This document shows positions 1 to 11,796 of a DNA stretch of 64,000 nucleotides, piece after piece. The position numbers and the translations under genes are program-made. Positions within the stretch are counted from its first letter, which is position 1. Each line of letters begins with the position of its first letter. Origin of the DNA: Macrostomum lignano (taxonomy: Eukaryota); contig NIVC01001608.1 of assembly GCA_002269645.1 (NCBI GenBank), forward strand, positions 162,494 through 226,493, written 5' to 3'. The notes under the pieces were generated by a model, which did no database searches, was not told where the DNA came from, and was given only the letters and a program-made list of their open reading frames with translations.

Positions 1-75
1 CTTGCGGCCAAGCCTGCCCGCCACGTCCTCGCCGTCAGGCATCGGATTGAACTCCTCCTTCTTCTGGATGTTGTA
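1..75 (-). CDS. cpx: Complexin exon 3 (partial, continues beyond the window edge)
   Basis: The minus strand after the acceptor ccgcag reads [25 protein letters not shown]. It joins exon 2 in phase 0 to give [22 protein letters not shown], the complexin central helix signature. Confidence 0.9.
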
Positions 76-80
76 CTGCG

Positions 81-596
81 GTTGGAGTTGGGGTTGGAGT
101 TGGGGTTGGAGTTGGGGTTGGAGTTGGGGTTGGAGTTGGGGTTGGGGTTGGGGTTTGAGTTGGGGTTGGAGTTGGGGTTGGAGTCGGAGTTGGAGTTGAG
201 TTGGAGTTTGAGTTGGAGTTGGAGTTGGAGTTGGGGTTGGAGTTGGGGTTGGAGTTGGGGTTGGAGTTGGGGTTGGGGTTGGGGTTTGAGTTGGGGTTGG
301 AGTTGGGGTTGGAGTCGGAGTTGGAGTTGAGTTGGAGTTTGAGTTGGAGTTGGAGTTGGAGTTGGGGTTGGAGTTGGGGTTGGAGTTGGGGTTGGAGTTG
401 GGGTTGGAGTCGGAGTTGGAGTTGAGTTGGAGTTTGAGTTGGAGTTGGAGTTGGAGTTGGGGTTGGAGTTGGGGTTGGAGTTGGGGTTGGGGTTGGGGTT
501 GGGTTTGGAGTCGGGGTTGGAGTTGGGGTTGGAGTCGGAGTTGGAGTTGGGTTGGAGTTTGGGTTGAAATTGGGGTTGGAGTCGGGGTTGGAGTTA
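81..596. repeat. Hexamer tandem repeat (GGAGTT/GGGGTT)n in complexin intron 2
   Basis: Directly visible mixed hexamer array of about 85 units, starting 3-4 nt from the exon 3 acceptor. Confidence 0.95.
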
Positions 597-848
597 GAGC
601 TCAGAATAAACCGGCTCATAGGCTCAACTATCCGAGACATACTTTCCAATCTTTCCCAATCACATTTCAGGGCGCCTTCACACCCATTTTTATTAGAGGC
701 AGGTGGCTGTGTGCCCTGGCGCACTTTAAGCGACACTGTCGCGCAACCGGCGAGAGGCATTGCTGCATGCCCATTCCGCCGACTCCCCTGAGCAGGCACA
801 CAAGCGTGCGGATACGTACGCAGTCATACGCACAGGCACACACTCACA

Positions 849-922
849 CAGGAGTGCACAGCGGCCCTAACTTTATTTATCGTTAGGCATGTACACTTCA
901 CTGTGCCTTGGGGGTTGGCCCT
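849..922 (-). repeat. Dispersed ~75-bp repeat copy (inverted partner of the copy ending at about 2012)
   Basis: The reverse complement reads ccccaaggcacagtgaagtgtacatgcctaacgataaataaagttagggccgctgtgcact. Similar sequences lie at about 1245-2012 (+), 12920-12984 (+), 36136-36161 (+) and 63717-63790 (-). Confidence 0.6.
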
Positions 923-1256
923 GAAGGGCGTTAATTGCACGAGCAGAGCCAAGCCGAGATTCCAATTTAGCCACAAACTAATGCGATGCGATTGCACTTG
1001 GAATCGAGCCTGGGCCGCTGGCGCATCAGAGCGCCGCGCTGGACCACTGGGCTACGGCCCCCCTTTCACACCCTTTGGATTTCAGCTTTTTGTGAGAAAT
1101 TTGCCGAGTGGTTCGGATATTCCATCATAGTTCATATCTCGGCCGCCCATCTCCCGAAATTCATCTTTAAAGCAGTGAGCTGGCTCGCTGCCCTGCTCAA
1201 TAGGAAATTAATTGCTTTTGCATTGAAAATCGGCTTTTTCTCGACCCCCTCACAGT

Positions 1257-1976
1257 GGAGAGTGTACATGCGGAGAGTGTACATGCGGAGAGTGTACATG
1301 CGGAGAGTGTACATGCGGAGAGTGTACATGCGGAGAGTGTACATGCGGAGAGTGTACATGCGGAGAGTGTACATGCGGAGAGTGTACATGCGGAGAGTGT
1401 ACATGCGGAGAGTGTACATGCGGAGAGTGTACATGCGGAGAGTGTACATGCGGAGAGTGTACATGCGGAGAGTGTACATGCGGAGAGTGTACATGCGGAG
1501 AGTGTACATGCGGAGAGTGTACATGCGGAGAGTGTACATGCGGAGAGTGTACATGCGGAGAGTGTACATGCGGAGAGTGTACATGCGGAGAGTGTACATG
1601 CGGAGAGTGTACATGCGGAGAGTGTACATGCGGAGAGTGTACATGCGGAGAGTGTACATGCGGAGAGTGTACATGCGGAGAGTGTACATGCGGAGAGTGT
1701 ACATGCGGAGAGTGTACATGCGGAGAGTGTACATGCGGAGAGTGTACATGCGGAGAGTGTACATGCGGAGAGTGTACATGCGGAGAGTGTACATGCGGAG
1801 AGTGTACATGCGGAGAGTGTACATGCGGAGAGTGTACATGCGGAGAGTGTACATGCGGAGAGTGTACATGCGGAGAGTGTACATGCGGAGAGTGTACATG
1901 CGGAGAGTGTACATGCGGAGAGTGTACATGCGGAGAGTGTACATGCGGAGAGTGTACATGCGGAGAGTGTACATGC
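1257..1976. repeat. Perfect 15-bp minisatellite (GGAGAGTGTACATGC) x48
   Basis: 48 units, no variants seen by eye. Confidence 0.97.
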
Positions 1977-2159
1977 CTGACGATTAGAAAGTCAGGGCCC
2001 CTGTGCACTTTGAGTGAGCGTGCGTGCTCATGGATCATCAGCGGGATGGGCCTGACTGCTTGCCTCCTTGCTGTTTGGGGGCGGACTGTCACCTGTGAGT
2101 TGTGGGAAATTTACCAACTAAACTTGAAGAGCCCGCATTTTAGTATCAAGTACCTGGTA

Positions 2160-2312
2160 CCGCATCTCCTCCCGCTCAGCCTCACCTTGTCCCGAATCCC
2201 CTGCCGTATCTCCTCCCGCTCAGCTTCACCTTGTCCCTAATCCCCTGCCGCATCTCCACCCGCTCAGCCTCACCTTGTCCCGAATCCCCTGCCGCATCTC
2301 CTCCCGCTCAGC
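2160..2312 (-). repeat. 44-bp tandem repeat spanning the complexin exon 2 end and its splice donor (~3.5 copies)
   Basis: Unit on the minus strand is GCTGAGCGGGAGGAGATGCGGCAGGGGATTCGGGACAAG|GTGAG. Confidence 0.93.
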
Positions 2313-2440
2313 CTCCATTTTCCGGTGCTTTTCGTCCCGCTTTCGTTTCTCCTCGGCGAGAGCCTCGGCGATTTCCGCTTGCCTTTCGGCGAGCTTCTCG
2401 GCCTCTTCAGGACTCATCTGCTCCGAGTTGCCCATGGCGC
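2274..2440 (-). CDS. cpx: Complexin exon 2 (accessory and central helix)
   Basis: Acceptor ccccgcag at 2442-2441, donor AAG|gtgagg at 2273. 167 nt, encoding (G)AMGNSEQMSPEEAEKLAERQAEIAEALAEEKRKRDEKHRKMEAEREEMRQGIRDK. Confidence 0.93.
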
Positions 2441-2620
2441 CTGCGGGGACAGCGGGATGGAAGCGGAAGAGGGGATAATTTCCTCCAAGCTTTAAAGCCG
2501 AATCTCACTGAAATTTATCCTCAGATCGATTATCAACAGCTGAAAATCGGCCTGTTTCAAGGCTTTGCTGCTTACTTTATCTGTTTGAGCGGAATTGCAT
2601 GGAGAGATCTGCCGCAGTCT

Positions 2621-2722
2621 GCCTCTGTCTGTCTGCCTCTGTCTGTCTGCCTCTGTCTGTCTGTCTGTCTGTCCGTCTGTCTGTCTGTCTGTCTGTCCGT
2701 CTGTCTGTCTGTCTGTCTGTCC

Positions 2723-2772
<50 letters not shown>
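2621..2772. repeat. (TCTG)n microsatellite
   Basis: Direct observation. Confidence 0.9.
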
Positions 2773-3276
2773 ATGTAATGTCTCTCCGCTCTCTTTATCC
2801 TTAGAATTTTTGTCTTACTATTTTTCCGGCATAAATTCCCAGGAAAAACATACGGAAATTATCACCTCAAGCCCTATCAACCCGCTCTGCTCAGGAGTTT
2901 AATAAATGAGTTAGATAATGAAACAGCCAAATCCAGCCGGTAACTCAGCCAGTCGCTATCCCCCCCCCCATCCTGTTTGTGACTTGCGCGCCGGGGTCCG
3001 CCTGAGACGGCTGGGCTTTTCTCTCCAGTCGGATTTGACACGAGAAACCACGAGGCTTAACAACCAAAAAATGGGATTAACCCGCGCACCGCCGCTCCGT
3101 TCTCGGCCATTTAGCGCCGAGCAAAATCCCCCTTGGGGGAAACGCGGCCTGACCCCCATTTACTACCTCGGTTTTCTCCTTTGCCTCTCGCTTTTCGCTC
3201 GTTTCCTGATTCACTCCTTTTACTTCCGCTATTCGCATTAGAGAGACATGTCGCCACCCGCCTGGTCTCACCAACA

Positions 3277-4640
3277 CTGTCTGCCTCTCACTGTCTGCCT
3301 CTCACTGTCTGCCTCTCACTGTCTGCCTCTCACTGTCTGCCTCTCACTGTCTGCCTCTCTCACTGTCTGCCTCTCACTGTCTGCCTCTCTCACTGTCTGC
3401 CTCTCACTGTCTGCCTCTCACTGTCTGCCTCTCTCACTGTCTGCCTCTCACTGTCTGCCTCTCACTGTCTGCCTCTCACTGTCTGCCTCTCACTGTCTGC
3501 CTCTCTCACTGTCTGCCTCTCACTGTCTGCCTCTCACTGTCTGCCTCTCACTGTCTGCCTCTCTCACTGTCTGCCTCTCACTGTCTGCCTCTCTCACTGT
3601 CTGCCTCTCACTGTCTGCCTCTCACTGTCTGCCTCTCTCACTGTCTGCCTCTCACTGTCTGCCTCTCACTGTCTGCCTCTCACTGTCTGCCTCTCTCACT
3701 GTCTGCCTCTCACTGTCTGCCTCTCTCACTGTCTGCCTCTCACTGTCTGCCTCTCACTGTCTGCCTCTCACTGTCTGCCTCTCACTGTCTGCCTCTCTCA
3801 CTGTCTGCCTCTCACTGTCTGCCTCTCACTGTCTGCCTCTCACTGTCTGCCTCTCTCACTGTCTGCCTCTCACTGTCTGCCTCTCACTGTCTGCCTCTCT
3901 CACTGTCTGCCTCTCACTGTCTGCCTCTCACTGTCTGCCTCTCTCACTGTCTGCCTCTCACTGTCTGCCTCTCTCACTGTCTGCCTCTCACTGTCTGCCT
4001 CTCACTGTCTGCCTCTCACTGTCTGCCTCTCTCACTGTCTGCCTCTCACTGTCTGCCTCTCACTGTCTGCCTCTCTCACTGTCTGCCTCTCACTGTCTGC
4101 CTCTCACTGTCTGCCTCTCACTGTCTGCCTCTCACTGTCTGCCTCTCTCACTGACTCACTCTCTCACTCTCTCACTCCCTATCTCCCTCACTCCCTCACT
4201 CTCTCACTCTCTCACTCCCTATCTCCCTCACTCCCTCACTCCCTCACTCCCTCACTCCCTCACTCTCTCACTCTCTCACTCTCTCACTCTCTCACTCCCT
4301 ATCTCCCTCACTCTCTCACTCCTTCACTCTCTCACTCTCTCACTCTCTCACTCACTCACTCTCTCACTCCCTCACTCCCTCACTCTCTCACTCTCTCACT
4401 CTCTCACTCCCTCACTCCCTCACTCTCTCACTCTCTCACTCTCTCACTCCCTCACTCCCTCACTCCCTCACTCTCTCACTCACTCACTCTCTCACTCCCT
4501 CACTCCCTCACTCTCTCACTCTCTCACTCTCTCAATCTCTCACTCGCTCACTGTCTCACTGTCTCACTGTCTCACTCTCTCACTCACTCACTCTCTCACT
4601 GTCTCTCTATCTCATTCTCTTATTATCTCACTCTCTCCCT
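3277..4640. repeat. Composite minisatellite: 14/16-bp (CTCACTGTCTGCCT[CT]) grading into 8-bp (CTCACTCT/CTCACTCC)
   Basis: Direct observation. The unit changes near 4150. Lies in complexin intron 1. Confidence 0.92.
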
Positions 4641-4864
4641 CATTCTTCCGTTCACTCTAAATTCCCTGTGCTCAAGCGGCGCACATTAAAGTCATGAGTA
4701 GCCTCCTGTATTTTATCGCGAACTCAGCGCCGCGTGAGCATAAATCAACAAGATTCGCTTACTCATATCTCTAAATTTTTATTCGTTCAAATTTTCAAAT
4801 TTTCCTTATCTTCACAAATATAAATCCTGTTGTTCGTAAAATATAACAAAATTTGCATGCTTAC

Positions 4865-4919
4865 CTTTAACACTGTCCATCTGCTTGCCAACTAGTTGCT
4901 TAGCAATGAAGCTGGCCAT
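4865..4919 (-). CDS. cpx: Complexin exon 1 (N-terminus)
   Basis: ATG at 4919 gives MASFIAKQLVGKQMDSVK-G|gtaa, matching the invertebrate complexin N-terminus (MAAFIAKQMVG type). The phase-1 intron fits exon 2. Confidence 0.92.
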
Positions 4920-5302
4920 GAATTGGAGAATCGCTCAAGCGCTTCGGGGATCGAGAAACAGAATGAGGCACCTCAGGCCGCTTGCAAATCTCTGTTGGCT
5001 TTTTAAATAACGGGGATGAAAATAAGGGGGAGGATGAGGGAGAGCCAATCGCATCGATGCAGACCCCCATGCCCCCCAATGACAAGGATAGAGTTTTATG
5101 GCTTCTGGAATGGTCAGCCAAAAAGAGATTAGGATAGTACTATATGGAGTGAATGGGGACAGTTAAATGCATCTCGGGCACGAGTCTGCAACGTTCTGGA
5201 TGAAGGGGTCAGGGTGGAGGTTTATAACATCTGACTTGGCTGAGATAACAGACCGGTTCGGTCCCTCTGGTGTTCACGCTGCAACCCATTGCTGCAGTAC
5301 CC

Positions 5303-5783
5303 TCTCCCATCTCCCTTTCCCATCTCCCTCTCCCATCTCCCTCTCCCATCTCCCTCTCCCATCTCCTCTCCCATCTCCCTCTTCCATCTCCCTCTCCCAT
5401 CTCCTCTCCCATCTCCCTCTCCCGTCTCCCTCTCCCATCTCCATCTCCCATCTCCCTCTCCCATCTCCCTCTCCTATCTCCCTCTCCCATCTCCCTCTCC
5501 CATCTCCCTCTCCTATCTCCCTCTCCCATCTCCCTCTCCCATCTCCCTCTCCCATCTCCCTCTCCCATCTCCCTCTCCCATCTCCCTCTCCCATCTCCCT
5601 CTCCCATCTCCCTCTCCCATCTCCCTCTCCCATCTCCCTCTCCCATCTCCCTCTCCCATCTCCCTCTCCCATCTCCCTCTCCCATCCCCCTCTCCCATCC
5701 CCCTCTCCCATCTCCTCTCCCATCTCCTCTCCCATCTCCCTCTCCCATCTCCCTCTCCCCATCTCCCTCTCCCATCTCTCCCT
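5303..5783. repeat. 13-bp minisatellite (CTCTCCCATCTCC)n
   Basis: Direct observation. Confidence 0.92.
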
Positions 5784-6204
5784 CTACACCTGTTAGGTCA
5801 ATCTGCTCCTCCAACATGGCAGCTTTTTTGCTTCCATTAAAAGCAGAAAGAAGCCCCAAAGAAATGACTGCAGCAAAATTTGTCCCGGGGCTGCCCTGAT
5901 CTCCGAATGCCAGCTGCAGCCATGAAGTCAGCCCGGCAGCTGAGCCTGAGGCGATGCTGAGGGGATGCATCATCTCTGAGCTGCCCCCGTGGCCGGATCC
6001 CTCGAAGCAGCGGCTCGGAGCCTGGATATGATGGAGAAGGCGGTTTGGGGTTGACAGCTGCATTGGGAAGTGGAAGCCCGCTTGGGGATCTGTATCTGGG
6101 AGGGGGAGCAGGCCCTGACGACAGACTTGGGAAATAGGGAGATCAGCCGGCATGCGGCCTGACTGGCCGACTCGAAATTCATGCGATATCGATTCCCACG
6201 ATTA

Positions 6205-7131
<927 letters not shown>

Positions 7132-7619
7132 AGCACTTCGGTGAAAGCTTAATTATCGGGCAGAACAGAAAGCTCCAATTAAGAGATTAGCTCTTCAATC
7201 AGTCCTTCCGGCCGGTGTGGGTTCTTCCCCACTCGAGCTCAGGAAGGGTTAGAATGATTTTCTCGTGACAAAGGTTGGAGTCAGCGCACCTTTTACAGGA
7301 GCGGATCGCAAGGGTGCTTGAAAATCCCGCGGTAAAAAGAAGCGGTCAGGATAATTCGGGGGGCAATGGGCTGCTCATCCCGGCTGACACGCAAAGTGGA
7401 CCGCCGCAGATTTGAGCTGGAAGTAGCTGGCTCACCTGCCTGTCTGCTCAGATGTGCGCCTGATTCTGGCAGACATTCACATCTGCATCCCAGCTGAACT
7501 GGCTGGCGCGTTTGCCGTTCTGGGACCAGTTTTATTCTAATTGGACCCGTCACTGCATCGACGCCTGCCACCGCTTCCAGGCCTGTCTGTCCCTCTAACA
7601 CTGTCTGCCCCTGTCACTT

Positions 7620-8700
7620 CCTGTCTCTCCCTGTCTCTCCCGGTCTCTCCCTGTCTCTCCCTGTCTCTCCCTGTCTCTCCCTGTCTCTCCCTGTCTCTCC
7701 CTGTCTCTCCCTGTCTCTCCCTGTCTCTCCCTATCTCTCCCTGCCTCTCCCTGCCTCTCTCTGCCTCTCCCTGCCTCTCTCTGTTTCTCCCTGTCTCTCC
7801 CTGTCTCTTCCTGTCTCTCTCCCTGTCTCTCCCTGTCTCTCCCTGCCTCTCCCTGCCTCTCCCTGTCTCTCCCTGTCTCTCCCTGTCTCTCTCCCTGTCT
7901 CTCCCTGTCTCTCCCTGTCTCTCTCCCTGTCTCTCCCTGTCTCTCTCCCTGTCTCTCCCTGCCTCTCCCTGTCTCTCCCTGTCTCTCCCTGTCTCTCTCC
8001 CTGTCTCTCCCTGCCTCTCTCTGTTTCTCCCTGTCTCTCCCTGTCTCTCTCCCTGTCTCTCCCTGTCTCTCCCTGTCTCTCCCTGTCTCTCTCCCTGTCT
8101 CTCCCTGTCTCTCCCTGCCTCTCTCTGTCTCTCCCTGTCTCTCCCTGTCTCACCCTGTCTCTCTCCCTGTCTCTCCCTGTCTCTCCCTGTCTCTCTCCCT
8201 GTCTCTCCCTGTCTCTCCCTGCCTCTCTCTGTCTCTCCCTGTCTCTCCCTGTCTCACCCTGTCTCTCTCCCTGTCTCTCTCTGTCTCTCTCTGTCTTTCC
8301 CTGTCTCTCCCTGTCTCTCCCTGCCTCTCTCTGTCTCTCTCTGTCTTTCCCTGTCTCTCCCTGTTTCTCCCTGCCTCTCTCTGTCTCTCTCTGTCTTTCC
8401 CTGTCTCTCCCTGTCTCTCTCCCTGTCTCTCCCTGTCTCTTCCTGTCTCTCTCTCTGTCTCTCCCTGTCTCTCCCTGTCTCTCCCTGTCTCCCCCTGTCT
8501 CTCTCCTCTAACCTACCCTTGTCTCTTTCTCTCCCATAATCTTGCCCTCCCTGATCAATTTCCCTTTTGCATCTCCCTGTCTCTCCCTGTCTCTCCCTGT
8601 CTCTCCCTGCCTCTCCCTGTCTCTCTCCTCTAACCTACCCTTGTCTCTTTCTCTCCCATAATCTTGCCCTCCCTGATCAATTTCCCTTTTGCATCTCCCC
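7620..8700. repeat. CT-rich 10/12-bp minisatellite (CTCCCTGTCT)n with a duplicated ~75-bp terminal block
   Basis: Direct observation. The block ctctctcctctaacctacccttgtc...ttttgcatctccc occurs twice, at about 8500-8577 and 8622-8699. Confidence 0.88.
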
Positions 8701-9171
8701 GTCTCCGTCCATACTCTCACCAATCCAATATCCGTCTCATCTGTCTAATCTCTCCGCTCCGTCTCTCGTTGCTATCGCCAGCGCACTCTATTGTAGTATA
8801 TAGCTTCTCATAAATCTCGTTAAAGCAACGAAATCCAATGATTTTGTCAGCTTATTGTTGTTGGCTCCAAGCTGTCAGCCAGTGTTCTTCAGCAGCTTCG
8901 CTGTTAAAATTTATTTTTTCATTTCCTCGAAAAGAATTTCTCGTTGTCCTTGCGTGCGTGACGACTGCACCCAGTCACCCGTTCGAGCCGGGCCTCAGCT
9001 GGTTCTCATGGGCCGCTGTGAATTTCCCGAGAGGCTTTCGTCGACTTCCTAGGCGACTGCTGACTCTTCTTCTAATATCTGAAAATTTAGTTTAGAATTT
9101 ACCAGGCAAATATTGATCTTCAGGGGCATCGAACATCGGGATAAAGGCCACATTGTGGGTATTAGGCGGAC

Positions 9172-9692
9172 ATGGACATTGGGCATTAGACAGGCGGGGA
9201 CATTAAGCATTAGACAGGCGGGGGCATTGGGCATTAGACAGGCGGGGACATTAAGCATTAGACAGGCGGGGGCATTGGGCATTAGACAGGCGGGGACATT
9301 AAGCATTAGATATAAGGCGGGGACATTGAGCATTAGACAGGCGGGGGCATTGGGCATTAGACAGGCGGGGGCATTAGGCATTAGATATAAGGCGGGGACA
9401 TTGAGCATTAGACAGGCGGGGGCATTGGACATTAGACAGGCGGGGGCATTGAGCATCAGACAGGCGGGGGCATTGGGCATCAGACAGGCGGGGGCATTGG
9501 GCATTAGACAGGCGGGGGCATTGAGCATCAGACAGGCGGGGGCATTGGGCATCAGACAGGCGGGGCATTGGGCATTAGACAGGCGGGGCATTGGGCATTA
9601 GACAGGCGGGGGCATTGGGCATTAGACAGGCGGGGGCATTGGGCATTAGACAGGCGGGGGCATTGAGCATTAGACAGGCGGGGGCATTGGAC
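9172..9692. repeat. 24-bp minisatellite (GGGCATTAGACAGGCGGGGGCATT)n, about 21 copies
   Basis: Direct observation. Confidence 0.92.
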
Positions 9693-10301
9693 ATAGTAAT
9701 CATATTGTAAAAAACATTCTAGAGCCACTACTTCGAAAGATTTTAGTTCGAATTTTCGCTATCATCTACTATATGTAGTAGTGCCAGTAGTGAATTGTTG
9801 GCTAAATTATTAAAGATGCTAAAATTATTTTAGAAGCACAGAAACGTACAAAATTTTATAAATATCACGGCAGTACTGGAGGAGAATAAGTTTGCTTTGT
9901 AAATTAAATTTGGTTCGAAAATCCGATACCCGAATGTAGCAATCGTGTTCGCTGAATCCAATGAAAGCAATCCTTACTTAATATGGCAATCAGATCCTCA
10001 GCTGAATATTAAATTTGCCTTTGCCTTCTTATTATCGAATTTCACAGAATTCTGCAAATCTCTCTTAGTGGAATTTTCTCTTCCTGTTTCAAAATTCGGA
10101 ACATTTTTTTAATTCGATTCAGAAGCTTGGGTACCAGCTGCCTGATTAGTACGCAGGACCTTGTTCCGTTGGATACACAGCTGCCGTTCTGTGTTTATCA
10201 TTCCTAACGAGCTTTCAGCTTGGCGATTGGGGAGCTTTGCTACCTTGCAGCCTGACCTGCATTCGGCTTCATTGACAGCTGTTTTACAGCAGTGCGAAGC
10301 C

Positions 10302-11570
10302 GATGAACCGGGGTTACTTGATATCCCAACAGGTGAACCGGGGTTACTTGATATCCCAACAGGTGAACCGGGGTTACTTGATATCCCAACAGGTGAACCG
10401 GGGTTACTTGATATCCCAACAGGTGAACCGGGGTTACTTGATATCCCAACAGGTGAGCCGAGGTTACTTGATATCCCAACAGGTGAACCGGGGTTATAAT
10501 CAAATATCCGAACAGGTAAACCTGTGTTATTATCCAATATTCTCACAGTTGAACCGGTGTTATCATATAATATTCTCACAGGTAAAACGGTGTTATCATA
10601 TAATATTCTCACAGGTGAACCGGTGTTATCATATAATATTCTCACAGGTAAACCGGTGTTCTTTTCCATTATTCTCACAGGTAAACCGGTGTTATCATCC
10701 ATTATTCTCACAGATAAACCGGTGTTATCATTAAATATTCTCACAGGTAAACCGGTGTTATCATTAAATATTCTCACAGGTAAACCGGTGTTCTTTTCTA
10801 TTATTCTCACAGGTAAACCGGTGTTATCATTAAATATTCTCACAGATAAACCGGTGCTATCATCCAATATTCTTACAGGTAAACCGGTGCTATCATCCAA
10901 TATTCTCACAGGTAAACCGGTGCTATCATCCATTATTCTCACAGATAAACCGGTGCTATCATCCAATATTCTCACAGGTAAACCGGTGTTATCATCCAAT
11001 ATTCTCACAGGTAAACCGGTGTTATCATCCAATATTCTCACAGATAAACCGGTGCTATCATCCAATATTCTCACAGGTAAACCGGTGCTATCATCCAATA
11101 TTCTCACAGGTAAACCGGTGTTATCATCCAATATTCTCACAGGTAAACCGGTGTTATCATCCTATATTCTCACAGGTAAACCGGTGCTATCATCCAATAT
11201 TCTCACAGGTAAACCGGTGTTATCATCCAATATTCTCACAGGTAAACCGGTGTTATCATCCAATATTCTCACAGGTAAACCGGTGTTGTCATCCAATATT
11301 CTCACAGATAAACCGGTGCTATCATCCAATATTCTCACAGGTAAACCGGTGCTATCATCCAATATTCTCACAGGTAAACCGGTGTTATCATCCAATATTC
11401 TCACAGGTAAACCGGTGTTATCATCCTATATTCTCACAGGTAAACCGGTGCTATCATCCAATATTCTCACAGGTAAACCGGTGTTATCATCCAATATTCT
11501 CACAGGTAAACCGGTGTTATCATCCAATATTCTCACAGGTAAACCGGTGTTATCATCCAATATTCTCATA
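10302..11570. repeat. Adjacent related arrays: 30-bp unit x~6 (10302-10495), then 33-bp unit x~32
   Basis: Units are GTGAACCGGGGTTACTTGATATCCCAACAG and AGGTAAACCGGTGTTATCATCCAATATTCTCAC. Confidence 0.92.
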
Positions 11571-11796
11571 TTTAAACAGGTGTTATCATTCAATATCGCC
11601 ACCGTACAGAGAGTATATTTTTAAAAGGATAAAGAGACCTGACATTCTAAAAAAATTAAAATATTAATATCCATATTGACTGACTCCTCAGTTTTATTTC
11701 GAATTTTTACTTCAATAGGTACTCTCTGCAGGTTCAATGATTTCATTAAGTCGTCTGGAATCTGCTAATCAAGGTGAAAGCTTTTATCTTGCTGCT

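Noticed and set aside
81-596. True telomere or chromosome end
   Set aside because: The array is flanked on both sides by the complexin gene and mixes GGAGTT with GGGGTT units.
986-1987. 333-aa ORF with (VYMRR)n and its antisense partners
   Set aside because: Artefact of the 15-bp array inside complexin intron 2.
5816-5899. MAAFLLPLK ORF resembling a complexin N-terminus
   Set aside because: It is on the wrong strand. The real exon 1 is at 4919-4865.
10109-11624. 343-366-aa repeat ORFs on both strands
   Set aside because: The 30- and 33-bp units preserve frame by arithmetic. There is no coding signal outside the array.
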